The notes under the pieces were generated by a model that was given only the letters and a program-made list of their open reading frames with translations, did no database searches and had not been told where the DNA came from. From positions 4,064,001 through 4,128,000 of the forward strand of contig OZ241867.1 of the NCBI GenBank assembly GCA_965203175.1: a stretch of 64,000 bases of DNA, read 5' to 3'. This DNA comes from Candidatus Latescibacterota bacterium (GTDB lineage: Bacteria > Latescibacterota > UBA2968 > UBA8231). Of the stretch, positions 19,981-30,991 are shown piece by piece. Numbering within the stretch: position 1 is the stretch's first letter; each line of letters opens with the position of its first letter. Made by a program: the position numbers and the translations under genes.

Positions 19981-20009
19981 ATTATAAAAAATAACAGACA
20001 ATTCGTCTA
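19981..20009 (-). promoter_or_regulatory. Sigma70 promoter of brnTA, predicted leaderless
   Basis: TAGACG-17 nt-TATAAT, then 6 nt to ATG 19974; no SD. Confidence 0.55.
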
Positions 20010-20148
20010 AATCTGTACATGCCTGATGGCCCAAGTCTGCGTTTGCCATGGTAAATAGCAGTGGCCGATAGTCGCTCCTTGTGTCCTGTTGCTCTGCGCC
20101 ATAACTTATCCAAAAAACGAGACTTACCCCAATAAAGGACACTTCTCC

Positions 20149-20418
20149 ATGACGCCTCCCAACATCCTCTGGGTTTGCACGGATCAGCAGCGCTACGACA
20201 CAATCGGCGCACTCGGTTATTCCCACGTCGATACGCCACATGTTGCTCGGCTGGTCGCCGAGGGCGTGGCCTTTACGCACGCCTATTGCCAAAGCCCGAT
20301 CTGCACGCCGAGCCGTGCGAGTTTTCTTACCGGCTAGTACGCCAGCGCCGTGCATATCAACGGCAATGGCCTCGACAGTTTTCCCGACCACCCACCGCTG
20401 GTTACGCGGATGTTGGCC
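20149..20418 (+). pseudogene. Truncated, diverged copy of the 5' 270 nt of the sulfatase at 21177
   Basis: Colinear with 21177-21446, about 26 mismatches in 270 nt by manual count; CAG>TAG stop at 20335-20337; homology ends abruptly at 20418. Confidence 0.9.
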
Positions 20419-20518
20419 AACCCGAGCAGGCCGCTGAGACCTTGCGGATCATCGCCAGATAGCGGCCGTCTCCGTGCCGAGATCGGGGGACATAGAGGGG
20501 CACACGGGCACTGTGTGG

Positions 20519-20566
20519 TTGACAAAAGAATAATATGGATCATTATAGCTATGAGAATAGCTATTC
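20519..20566 (+). promoter_or_regulatory. Putative TA promoter with tandem palindromic operator
   Basis: TTGACA at 20519, CATTAT about 16 nt later; palindrome ATAGCTAT twice (20545-20552, 20557-20564), the second within the 12-bp palindrome GAATAGCTATTC. Confidence 0.5.
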
Positions 20567-20594
20567 TGTTTAACTTGATGCCGGAGGCCAAAAT

Positions 20595-20825
20595 ATGAAA
20601 ACCGTACAAATGACCCTCGATGAGGAACTAATCGAGGAGGTTGATAAAGTTACAAAGAAAATAGGTACGACGAGATCGGCTTTTGCGCGGGAGGCTTTAT
20701 ACGCTGCTCTCAGGCGGACAAAAATACAAGAAAAGGAGCAAAAACACCGCGAGGGATATGCCCGCAAGCCGGTTCAATCGGGCGAATTCAGCCAGTGGGA
20801 AGACGAGCAAGTGTGGACTGAGTGA
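20595..20825 (+). CDS. Ribbon-helix-helix (CopG-type) antitoxin
   Basis: MKTVQMTLDEELIEEVD...TRSAFAREAL; GGAGG SD; upstream of a PemK toxin. Confidence 0.85.
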   Translation: MKTVQMTLDEELIEEVDKVTKKIGTTRSAFAREALYAALRRTKIQEKEQKHREGYARKPVQSGEFSQWEDEQVWTE

Positions 20826-21142
20826 TGCGGCGTGGTGAGGTTCGTTGGTACAGATTCGCCCAGCCGGACAAGAAAAGGCCCGTTGTTATTCTCACTAGGG
20901 ATTCGGCGATCCAATATCTGGGAGAAGTTACCGTGGCACCAGTGACATCGACCATTCGGGACATTCCCTCAGAGGTGCTTCTGTCCCAACGAGATGGAAT
21001 GCCTAGAGAGTGTGCGATCAATCTGGATCACATCCAGACTGTGTCCAAGGGTAAAATAGGCCCCCTGATTGTATCTCTCCCACTGGCGAAGATGAATGAA
21101 TTGCGCGATGCATTGCTTTTTGCATTGGGATTTGACGGCTAA
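20825..21142 (+). CDS. mazF: PemK/MazF family endoribonuclease toxin
   Basis: MRRGEVRW, DKKRPVVILT, VTVAPVTST, INLDHIQTV. Confidence 0.9.
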   Translation: MRRGEVRWYRFAQPDKKRPVVILTRDSAIQYLGEVTVAPVTSTIRDIPSEVLLSQRDGMPRECAINLDHIQTVSKGKIGPLIVSLPLAKMNELRDALLFALGFDG

Positions 21143-21176
21143 TTCTATGATACCGTTTCAAAAGGACCCTTCCACC

Positions 21177-22601
21177 ATGACGCCTCCCAACATTCTCTGG
21201 ATTTGCACGGATCAGCAGCGCTACGACACGATCGGTGCGCTTGGCTATGATCACGTCGATACGCCGCACGTCGATCAGCTAGTCGCCGAGGGCGTGGCCT
21301 TTACACACGCCTATTGCCAAAGCCCGATTTGCACGCCGAGCCGCGCGAGTTTTCTCACCGGCCAGTACGCCAGCGCCGTCCACATCAACGGCAATGGCCT
21401 CGACAGTTTTCCCGACCACCCGCCGCTGGTCACGCGGATATTGGCCGAGGCCGGGTACGACTGCGGGCTGATTGGCAAGCTGCACTTGGCCAGCGCGTAT
21501 GGCCGCATTGAGCCGCGCGTCAATGATGGGTATCGCTGCTGGGAGTACAGCCACGCGCCCCGCGACGACTGGCCGCAGGGGCACGGCTATGCCGATTGGG
21601 TGCGGGAAAAGGGGGAAGTCTTAGGCGAGCTGATGAAGCAATATCCCCACGGATTGCCCGCTGAGTTCCACCAGACGACGTGGTGCGCCGAGAAAACCAT
21701 TGAGTTTATGAGCCAACAGCGCGACAGCCCTTGGCTGGCGAGTGTCAACATTTACGATCCACACCCGCCGTTCAATCCGCCGCAGAGCTACCGCGACCGC
21801 TTTGACCCAGCGGCCATGCCCGGACCGCTGTTTGCCGACAGCGACTTGGCACAACAGGAAAAGCTAGCGGCGATTGATTTCCAATCCAAGGGACGGCGGC
21901 CCGACCAACTCGATATCCGCGATCCCTTGCACCAAGACCGTCCGACGCCTGGGGCTGACGCGCGCGTGTTGCAGGCGGCGTACTGCGCGATGATCAAGCA
22001 GATCGACGATCAAGTAGGGAGGATGTTGGCCGCGCTCGAAGACACGGGCCAGCGCGACAATACGGTGGTGATTTTTACGTCCGACCACGGCGAAATGCTC
22101 GGCGACCACGGGCTGATCCAGAAGGGATGCCGCTTTTACGAGGGCTTGGTGCGGGTGCCGCTGATTTTTTCTTGGCCGGGGCACTTTGAGGAAGGCTTGG
22201 TGCGCGACGATCTAGTCGAGTTGACCGACAAAGCGCCGACACTTTTGGAGCTGGCCGGGCTGGAAGTGCCGGAGCGGATGACCGGTCGTTCGCTTGTGCC
22301 GGTCCTGCGCGGCGAGAGCGAGCAACCGCACCGCGACTTTGTCCGCTGCGAGTACTACGACGCCTTGGACGCGCCCGATGGCACCTTTGCCACCATGTAC
22401 CGCGACGAGCGCTACAAGTTGGTGCTCTACCACGGACACGATTTGGGCGAGCTGTACGACTTGCAAGAGGACCCGGGTGAGTTTGAAAACATGTGGGACG
22501 AGCCGGAAGCGCAGCCGCTCAAGTTGGCGCTGATGCAAAAGAGTTTTGACGCTTCGATGCTGGCGATGGATCGAGGACCTCGGCGCGTGGGGCCGATGTG
22601 A
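21177..22601 (+). CDS. Sulfatase (formylglycine-dependent)
   Basis: PNILWICTDQQR, CTPSRAS (CxPxR), GKLH, PHPP, TSDHGEMLGDHG, ELYDL..DPGE. Confidence 0.93.
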   Translation: MTPPNILWICTDQQRYDTIGALGYDHVDTPHVDQLVAEGVAFTHAYCQSPICTPSRASFLTGQYASAVHINGNGLDSFPDHPPLVTRILAEAGYDCGLIGKLHLASAYGRIEPRVNDGYRCWEYSHAPRDDWPQGHGYADWVREKGEVLGELMKQYPHGLPAEFHQTTWCAEKTIEFMSQQRDSPWLASVNIYDPHPPFNPPQSYRDRFDPAAMPGPLFADSDLAQQEKLAAIDFQSKGRRPDQLDIRDPLHQDRPTPGADARVLQAAYCAMIKQIDDQVGRMLAALEDTGQRDNTVVIFTSDHGEMLGDHGLIQKGCRFYEGLVRVPLIFSWPGHFEEGLVRDDLVELTDKAPTLLELAGLEVPERMTGRSLVPVLRGESEQPHRDFVRCEYYDALDAPDGTFATMYRDERYKLVLYHGHDLGELYDLQEDPGEFENMWDEPEAQPLKLALMQKSFDASMLAMDRGPRRVGPM

Positions 22602-23419
22602 TGGAGCGACAGCAGCGGGTGACGCAGCGGCCGATTTGGCGTTTCCGCGAGGCGGACAAAGCGGCCGAAGACGACCAAGTAACGGTCGAAGAGCCGCTGG
22701 AGATCCGCGTGGAGGAGACGCCAATCGCGGTAATCATGCGCACCCCGCGCCACGACTTTGAGTTGGCGGCTGGTTTTTTGTGTACCGAGGGGCTGATCAA
22801 ATCGCCGCAGGAGCTGGGCGCGATCTCGTACTGCACGGCCGCGGAGCCGCCCAACGAGGAGAATATCGTCGAGGTCAAGTTGGCCGCTGGCGTGGAGTTT
22901 GATCGGCAGCAGCTCCAGCGCAATTTTTACGCCTCGTCGAGTTGCGGGGTCTGCGGCAAGGCCAGCATTGAGGCCATCACCTGCGAGGCTCCCAAGCTGA
23001 CGGGAAATTTTACTGTATCGCTGGCCATGCTCTACGATCTTAGCGACCGCATGCGCCAAGCACAGGATGTGTTCGAGCAAACCGGCTCGCTGCACGCGGC
23101 GGCCCTGTTCGATCAAGCGGGCGACTTGCTCGTCCTGCGCGAGGACGTGGGTCGGCACAACGCAGTGGACAAACTCATCGGCCACTATGCGCTGCGCAAC
23201 GAGTCGGTGCCAGCGAAGAGCGTGCTGATGGTCAGCGGGCGCACCAGTTTTGAGATCGTGCAGAAGGCGAGGATGGCGGGAATTGCCGTGGTTGCCGCCG
23301 TGTCTGCGCCATCGAGCTTGGCGGTGGATCTGGCGCGGGAATCGGGGATGACGCTGCTGGGATTTTTGCGCGGGCGGGGATTCAATGTATATACCGGAGA
23401 AAAGCGAATTGCCGTTTAA
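22598..23419 (+). CDS. fdhD: Formate dehydrogenase accessory sulfurtransferase
   Basis: EEPL, MRTP, SSCGVCGK, TGSLHAAA, REDVGRHNAVDK, SGRTSFE, SAPSSLA. Confidence 0.95.
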   Translation: MMERQQRVTQRPIWRFREADKAAEDDQVTVEEPLEIRVEETPIAVIMRTPRHDFELAAGFLCTEGLIKSPQELGAISYCTAAEPPNEENIVEVKLAAGVEFDRQQLQRNFYASSSCGVCGKASIEAITCEAPKLTGNFTVSLAMLYDLSDRMRQAQDVFEQTGSLHAAALFDQAGDLLVLREDVGRHNAVDKLIGHYALRNESVPAKSVLMVSGRTSFEIVQKARMAGIAVVAAVSAPSSLAVDLARESGMTLLGFLRGRGFNVYTGEKRIAV

Positions 23420-23444
23420 TTTTTCCACGTAAAAGGAGAGAACA

Positions 23445-24317
23445 ATGGCTAAGAAAAAGCAGGCCAAAGGACCGCAACTCAAACTCTGCGCCGCGGCGTG
23501 GACGTTGACCAATTACCCGTCCGAAGCCAAGCAGTGGTCCATGGACCGCAAAGTCCGCGCGGCTAAGGACGCTGGCTTTGCCGGCTTCAGCGCTGGGGCC
23601 GATTCCGAGATCGCCGAGGCGTGCGCCAAGCACGGGATACAGCTTGTCGGCGGGGTCGATATAGCCACAGTAGAAGAAGCTGGGCCAAAACTGGCGGCTT
23701 TTAAAGAAGCTGGTGCCGAGCACATCAACGTCCAGCTTTGCGATCACGATACCGAAATCCGCAAGGCGGTGACCGTGGCGCGGGCGGTGATGAAGGCGGG
23801 CAAAGAGCTCAAGCTCAAACCGGCGATTGAGTGGCACCGCGACACGTGTACTGAGACGCCTGAGAAGGGGCTGGCGCTGGCCGAGCAGTACGAGAAGCGC
23901 TACAAGGAAAAGCTGCGCACGAATTTCGACCACTCGCACCCGGCGATCATCAAACAGCTCCGGCCCACCAACTTCTGGGAGCGCATCTCCGAGTACCGCC
24001 CCGACCTGCTCAAAATGAGTGAGTTGATTCACTTCCGCACCTTTACGGGCAGCCATTGCCAGACGCCGGTCACCAATGGCCGCGGGGTGCTGGACGCGGA
24101 TTTTATCACTTGGCGCGACAACTTCCTCAAGCACTTGCTCTACAACTGGGTCAAAGGGCAGCGCGGCGCTACTGAGCTATGGGCTGTCGTCGAGCTGGGG
24201 CCGAAGGGTTCGGGCTATGCGCTCGACTGTTTTCCCGATGTGTGGAAGGACGCGATTGTTGCGCGCGGTGAGATCGAGAAGGCATTTAAGGGGGCGCTGA
24301 GGAAAGCGAAGAAGTAG
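23445..24317 (+). CDS. Xylose isomerase-like TIM barrel protein (sugar phosphate isomerase/epimerase family)
   Basis: IEWHRDT, FDHSH, IHFR and VELGP metal-ligand pattern; AGGAG SD. Confidence 0.65.
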   Translation: MAKKKQAKGPQLKLCAAAWTLTNYPSEAKQWSMDRKVRAAKDAGFAGFSAGADSEIAEACAKHGIQLVGGVDIATVEEAGPKLAAFKEAGAEHINVQLCDHDTEIRKAVTVARAVMKAGKELKLKPAIEWHRDTCTETPEKGLALAEQYEKRYKEKLRTNFDHSHPAIIKQLRPTNFWERISEYRPDLLKMSELIHFRTFTGSHCQTPVTNGRGVLDADFITWRDNFLKHLLYNWVKGQRGATELWAVVELGPKGSGYALDCFPDVWKDAIVARGEIEKAFKGALRKAKK

Positions 24318-24348
24318 CGTTTTACTCGGTTCAGAGAGTGATAGGAAC

Positions 24349-24888
24349 ATGTTACCGAGTACATGGTCGGAGGGGCAGATTGTCGTACGGGCGGTTGTGG
24401 CAGCGCAGACACCGGCGCTGCATGCTGCGGTTACGGAATGCGTAGATATCGTCGCGCTCGATCCCACTTTTGCCGAGGTGCCCGAAAGCGAGGTCGGTGA
24501 GTTGGTGGAGCAGTCGGTAGCGGAGGAGGAGCAGGAACGCGGCTTCCGCATGAGGAGCATTCACGTCGGACCGGCTGAAGAGCTGGCTGGATACTTTCAC
24601 TTAATGGAGGATGTGCCCAACGCAGGGGACGCGTGGCTCTCGATCCTAGCGATCCGGCCACGATTCCGGCGCAGCGGCGTCGGCACGACACTCATCAAAA
24701 GCCTCAAGAGCGTGCTGGCCGCTCAAGGTTTCCGCTTCGCCCTCGCACGCGTTTATCTGGCCAATGTTCCAGCCTTGCAATTTTGGACTCGATTGGGGTT
24801 CACCGAAATCGTCCCCCATCGCGGTGACTACATCGGCCACGACCTAGGAAAGCCCTGTATCGTCCTGCGAGCATCGCTCGGAGGGTAG
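24349..24888 (+). CDS. GNAT family N-acetyltransferase
   Basis: LAIRPRFRRSGVGT acetyl-CoA motif; N.PALQFWTRLGF. Confidence 0.85.
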   Translation: MLPSTWSEGQIVVRAVVAAQTPALHAAVTECVDIVALDPTFAEVPESEVGELVEQSVAEEEQERGFRMRSIHVGPAEELAGYFHLMEDVPNAGDAWLSILAIRPRFRRSGVGTTLIKSLKSVLAAQGFRFALARVYLANVPALQFWTRLGFTEIVPHRGDYIGHDLGKPCIVLRASLGG

Positions 24889-24917
24889 CCGGCCTTGTAG
24901 AACGCAGGATTTTGGAG

Positions 24918-25433
24918 TTAGGGGTCAATAGTGCGGTGCTTGACCTGTCCCCAACTTTTGCTTTCGACGGCTGTTGGCAGCGACTCGGATGGGTCAAAGT
25001 AACTTATCAGCGAGCGATAGGGGGTGCCGTTGCGTTCGACGAGGGCGGAGATGCCCCAATTAGTTCGTACTCCATCGAGGGTGGAGACAACGATAAAGGC
25101 ACCGAAACGGCCGTTTGATGGCGCGTCAACTGTTGCCCAAGGAACAAATTGCCTAGCCGGCTCTTCGAGTGTCACCACGTTGTCGTTTCCCTCTAGGCCG
25201 CGAAGGACCGGGAATTCTCGCCAAATCCGATAAGATGTGGCGTCCGGCACGAGGCTAAACTGGATTAGCCAGAAACTGCCAGTCAACTCGCTGTCGGCAT
25301 CCTCAAAGGGTTGTATGCTGAGGATTTGAGGCGGAGTAATGGTGGCGTCTTCTTCTATGTCGCCATGGATGCGGTCGGTCCAAGCTGTAGAAACTGCGAA
25401 GACAGAGAGGATGATAGGGGCGAGTGCAAACAT
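24918..25433 (-). CDS. Small secreted protein with C-terminal TAVE-x2-SWG-x-VK motif
   Basis: Signal peptide MFALAPIILSVFAVSTAWT; ends PTAVESKSWGQVKHRTIDP; AGGAGG SD. Confidence 0.7.
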   Translation of the reverse strand: MFALAPIILSVFAVSTAWTDRIHGDIEEDATITPPQILSIQPFEDADSELTGSFWLIQFSLVPDATSYRIWREFPVLRGLEGNDNVVTLEEPARQFVPWATVDAPSNGRFGAFIVVSTLDGVRTNWGISALVERNGTPYRSLISYFDPSESLPTAVESKSWGQVKHRTIDP

Positions 25434-25606
25434 CGCGGGCCTCCTTGAAGGTAAAGCAGCCGTAGGGACTGCGGTTAGGCGTGGAACATAATTATAATAT
25501 CATTTTCATTCGACATACAACGTACCAAACGAAAAATATAGCCTAAGCGTTATTTTTTCGGTCCCGGGCATTTATAGGGCGAGTGCACTCGAAAAAAGGA
25601 GTTTCC

Positions 25607-27457
25607 GTGAACGACGCCCAACTGGTAGAGGCGTGCTTGGAGGGGGACCACCGCGCCTACGCGATCTTGGTCGACCGTTACCGCTACCCCGTCTTCGGGC
25701 TGTGCCTGAGCTATGTCAAGGATTTCGACGCGGCCGAGGACGCGGCGCAAGAGGCGCTGATCGCTGCCTACCTGAAGCTGGAAAGCCTGCCCGAGCCGCA
25801 AAAATTTGGCCCTTGGCTGCGGACCATCGCCGCCAACCAGTGCCGCATGTGGCTCCGGCGTCAGCGCCGACAGGTCGCCATTGACGAAGAAAAGGCGGTC
25901 GTTGATCCCGCCCCGTCGCCGGCGGAACAAGTGCTTTTGCGCGAGCGCCGGCAGCGGGTTCTGGCCGCGGTCTTCCGACTGAGCCGGCCGCAACAGCAGG
26001 CCGTGGTCCTTTTTTATCTCGAGGGCCTTTCACTCAAGCGGATCGCCGCCTTTCTCGATGTCGCGGTCCCTACCGTCGAGCAACGGCTCTACCGGGCGCG
26101 TCTCAACCTAAAAGAGGAGATGGCAACTATGGTCGAGGAAAATCTGCAAGAACACCGCCTGCCCGAGGACTTCACACAGGAAGTAGTGCAAGAGGCCCTA
26201 GCCCGGGGCCGACACCTATTGCAGGAGCGCCAGTGGCCCGAAGCCCGCAAAGCCTTCAACCGCATCGTCGCCGCCGTGCCGGATCACCTCGAAGCCCACC
26301 GAGGTTTAGCCCTGGCCTTTGACGGCGAAACGCGCGAGGCCCTGAGACAGGACGTGCACTTCAGCGACGGCCGCCTGCTCGACAATACCTTCGCCGCCCT
26401 GCACAAAGTCTGCGAACTGGGTGACGACGACCCGGAGATCACCCGCGCGCTCAGCCGGCTCTACTCGCACTATGGCCGCCACGGAGAAGGCGGCCAATTC
26501 CTCGAAAGGGCTGCCGACCACCTCGACGACTGGCAGGGCAGCGTGCCGTTGTATAAAATGGCCATCTCCGTGTACTACCACGCCCACTATACCGGACGCG
26601 GCGACCATATGGAAGCCTGCGTGCGCTGTCACCGCCGCGCTCGCCAGCTAGTGCCCGCCGACTGGCCGCCGCGCCGCCGCTTCGCGCTTTGGCAGCCTTC
26701 CGGGATGAGCATGGCCTACGCGCATTTGGGATTGAGCCAGGAGGTCTTCGACGAGTTGGACGTACTCAAGACGCAGAGCGAGGACGAGTGGTCGGTAGAG
26801 GAGCACTTCCAATACTACGGCATCTGCTCCAATCAGTACCGGGAAATGGGTCGATGGGGCGAGGTGGAGGAGCATAGTCGGTCCTATGTCGATTGGGCCA
26901 AGGCCCTGCCTGCCGACGACCCGAGCCTCCAGATCCGACCCTTGGCGCTCACCGAAGAAGGCGACGAAAATGCTAGCACGCACAACGGAGACGATTTCCG
27001 CTGGTGGACGGTGTGCTACGCACTCGCAGACCGCATCCTGCGGGCGAGACACGAGACGGGAGGAGCAACCGCGGACATCCTCGCCGAACTCGACTGGGCA
27101 CTTGACCAGCACCAGAGCGCTGGATCCTATTCCATCGCCGGACAATCTGCCTGCGAAACCGGCCACTACTCGGAGGCGCTGCGCTATTTGCGCCAAGAGG
27201 AGGAACTGGGCGGTCGGCTCGCCAATCGCGGCGACATCTATCTGGCCGCCGCACTGGTCGCGCTAGGACAGGTGGAGGAGGGGAAGGAGCGGCTGCGCAA
27301 TATCTACGGCCGACTCGTGGCCAACGGCCAGTGCCGGAGTTGGTTCGGCAAGCTGTCAGCCTTTGACGCGATCCGCGGGGACGCGGACATGGTCGAATTG
27401 GTCGATGAATGGGAACGGGCCGAGCGCGTAGGCGCGCCTACAACGCAAGGTGGTTGA
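25607..27457 (+). CDS. ECF sigma-70 factor with long C-terminal TPR-like extension
   Basis: Region 2 (DAQLV..GD..AY..LV.RY, AEDAAQEA, FGPWLRTIAAN) and region 4 (LFYLEGLS..IA..L......V..RL.RAR), then about 440 aa of helical repeats; AAGGAG SD before GTG 25607. Confidence 0.88.
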   Translation: MNDAQLVEACLEGDHRAYAILVDRYRYPVFGLCLSYVKDFDAAEDAAQEALIAAYLKLESLPEPQKFGPWLRTIAANQCRMWLRRQRRQVAIDEEKAVVDPAPSPAEQVLLRERRQRVLAAVFRLSRPQQQAVVLFYLEGLSLKRIAAFLDVAVPTVEQRLYRARLNLKEEMATMVEENLQEHRLPEDFTQEVVQEALARGRHLLQERQWPEARKAFNRIVAAVPDHLEAHRGLALAFDGETREALRQDVHFSDGRLLDNTFAALHKVCELGDDDPEITRALSRLYSHYGRHGEGGQFLERAADHLDDWQGSVPLYKMAISVYYHAHYTGRGDHMEACVRCHRRARQLVPADWPPRRRFALWQPSGMSMAYAHLGLSQEVFDELDVLKTQSEDEWSVEEHFQYYGICSNQYREMGRWGEVEEHSRSYVDWAKALPADDPSLQIRPLALTEEGDENASTHNGDDFRWWTVCYALADRILRARHETGGATADILAELDWALDQHQSAGSYSIAGQSACETGHYSEALRYLRQEEELGGRLANRGDIYLAAALVALGQVEEGKERLRNIYGRLVANGQCRSWFGKLSAFDAIRGDADMVELVDEWERAERVGAPTTQGG

Positions 27458-27546
27458 AATCGCCAGGGGTAGCCGATCCTGCGAAGGTGCTACTCAATGG
27501 ATCCCAGGGCGCTTGAGCGGAAATTCACGGGGGCCGCCCCTGCTGT

Positions 27547-28392
27547 TCAGACGATTCCCCACTGTACTCGTCCCAATTCGCGCGACCGCTCTCGGTCGTA
27601 TGACGGATCTATGTCGAATTCGCGATCCAGCCACAGCACCTCCTGCTGATCTGGACTCAGCGCATCGAGCAGCTCAGGCGTCAGGTAGTCGCCCCACGTG
27701 AAGCGATGGTTGTCGATCGCGTGGGGATGGAACAGCCAGTGGCTCAGATACCGGCAGTCACTGGTGCGGTTGAGCCACGTTGAGTGAAACAGCTTGGCAT
27801 GGCGGACGATTAGCTGGTGGGGTTCGACCTCTAGGGAAATCTCGTCGTCGAGTGCGACGTCTTCCCAGCCGTCATCGGCCTGCGAACCGGGGATTCCCCG
27901 TTCTTCCCTGAGGTGGGTGGCCGTTTCTTGGAGAGAGATGGGCGGCCCGGTGTGACTGCCTGGGACGATGCGCAGACACCCATTGGCGCGCGACGCCCCA
28001 GAGAAGTAGTGCATGAACTCCGCCCATCCCGGCCCTCCGTCGATGTGCCACCCGACCGACCGGTTCGGGGCTTGCTCATTGATGCCGCCGTTGCGCAGAT
28101 AGATATCGCGGTCCTCGTTCAGTTGGCGGGCGAGTTCGATGATTTCGGGATGCAGGATGATCTGCATGAACGGCAGGGAGTGATCGAGGGCGCACCAGTA
28201 CGAGTCTTCCAACTGAGGTCTCAGGCGAAAGTGATTTCTCTTGCTGCCGTCTGCCGGTCCTCCCGATGGATCTTGGGAAGCCTTTTCGACCGCCGCCATG
28301 CACGCCTCGGTGAGACTTTCGGGGAACGGACAGTCGACGATGACGTAGCCTTCAGTGCGGTACTGCGCCAATTGTGCTTCGCTAAATTTCAT
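27547..28392 (-). CDS. Phytanoyl-CoA dioxygenase (PhyH) family Fe(II)/2OG oxygenase
   Basis: YRTEGYVIV, WHID (HxD), NGCLRIVPGSH, LFHS..N..R. Confidence 0.82.
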   Translation of the reverse strand: MKFSEAQLAQYRTEGYVIVDCPFPESLTEACMAAVEKASQDPSGGPADGSKRNHFRLRPQLEDSYWCALDHSLPFMQIILHPEIIELARQLNEDRDIYLRNGGINEQAPNRSVGWHIDGGPGWAEFMHYFSGASRANGCLRIVPGSHTGPPISLQETATHLREERGIPGSQADDGWEDVALDDEISLEVEPHQLIVRHAKLFHSTWLNRTSDCRYLSHWLFHPHAIDNHRFTWGDYLTPELLDALSPDQQEVLWLDREFDIDPSYDRERSRELGRVQWGIV

Positions 28393-28424
28393 GCTGTTTT
28401 CCTCGCGCGGTGTGGCGTCGGTTC

Positions 28425-29231
28425 TTATTCCAACCTGCGGTTGGGCGGAGTCCGCAAGGAGTGGGTCTCGATATCCCAGTCGCCGTCGAAGATGGTCACG
28501 GCGTCACCGGCGGCTGCTCCCGCATCGGAGGCGAGATCGATGAGCTTGATGGCCGAATGCTCGGGCGGCGATAGGCCGGGGCGCGACTTTCGCTCTGCTT
28601 CGTCGGCGGAGTGGCCCGCTTTCTCGGCCATCTCACGGATAGCGCCCAGCTTCATGTTCGTCGCCATCTCTCCCGGAGATATGGCGTGGATGCGGATGTT
28701 CAGGGGTCGGAGCTGTTCGCGGGCCACTAGGACCAGCCCGCGGACGCCCCCTTTGCTCGATCCGTACGGAAGGGAGGCACTGCCGCCTAACACGCCGGCA
28801 CCAGATATGACGAGCAAGACCACGCCCCCACCCGCCTGCTGCATGAGAGGAACAGCGTACTTCAACAGCAGGAAGCTGCCGGTGAGGTTGACGTCGATGA
28901 CTCGCCGCCAGGACTCTTCGGAATACTCGTCTATGCGCGTCCCCGCATCGACGAGTATAGCCGCTGGATTGATCAGGATGTCGAGGTGGCCGAAGTGCTC
29001 GCCAACGGTGTCCATCAAGCGGCGAACGTCTGCGGACTGACTCAAATCGGTGTGTACGAAGTGAGCTGCGCCGCCTTCGTCGGAGATTAGTTGGGCAGTA
29101 GCTTCGCCGCCGATCTCATCGATGTCGGCGAGGACGAGCCGCGCCCCCTCGCGCGCCGCACCGATGGCAGTGGCGCGGCCGAGGCCGGTCGCGCCACCGG
29201 TGACGACCGCTACCTTGTTTGCAAGTTTCAT
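28425..29231 (-). CDS. SDR family oxidoreductase
   Basis: TGGATGLG, VNLTG, YGSSK (YxxxK), ISPG. Confidence 0.9.
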   Translation of the reverse strand: MKLANKVAVVTGGATGLGRATAIGAAREGARLVLADIDEIGGEATAQLISDEGGAAHFVHTDLSQSADVRRLMDTVGEHFGHLDILINPAAILVDAGTRIDEYSEESWRRVIDVNLTGSFLLLKYAVPLMQQAGGGVVLLVISGAGVLGGSASLPYGSSKGGVRGLVLVAREQLRPLNIRIHAISPGEMATNMKLGAIREMAEKAGHSADEAERKSRPGLSPPEHSAIKLIDLASDAGAAAGDAVTIFDGDWDIETHSLRTPPNRRLE

Positions 29232-29252
29232 GCTTGAGCCTGAGAGATCGGC

Positions 29253-30878
<1,626 letters not shown>

Positions 30879-30890
30879 TGAGAGCCTTAG

Positions 30891-30990
30891 TTAAGGGTCC
30901 ATAGTGAGGTGCTTGACCTGTCTCCAACTTTGAGGTTCAACCTCCGTTGGGACGTAGTTAACATAGAATATATTACAAAAGCGCACTTGG
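30891..30990 (-). pseudogene. Orphan 3' remnant of a secreted-protein gene encoding only the SWG-type C-terminus
   Basis: Reads ..YVPTEVEPQSWRQVKHLTMDP*; 30891-30950 matches 24918-24977 at 48/60 nt. Confidence 0.7.
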
Positions 30991-30991
30991 G

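Noticed and set aside
20030-20090. Possible RelE/ParE toxin C-terminal remnant (..TAIYHGKRRL..) on the minus strand
   Set aside because: The similarity is too short to distinguish from chance.
20335-20337. Pyrrolysine or amber readthrough in the sulfatase copy (also the TAG in DUF1016)
   Set aside because: Both genes are truncated regardless, and each TAG is one base change from a sense codon, consistent with ordinary decay.
16290-21170. Integrative element or transposon carrying McrBC and the TA pairs
   Set aside because: No integrase, transposase, tRNA target, terminal inverted repeats or att-type direct repeats were found; only compositional and scar evidence.
27913-29040. 375-aa plus-strand ORF and the many other long antisense ORFs (e.g. 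22427-23512, 39987-40916)
   Set aside because: They are shadow frames of well-supported genes in high-GC DNA, with no recognisable motifs.
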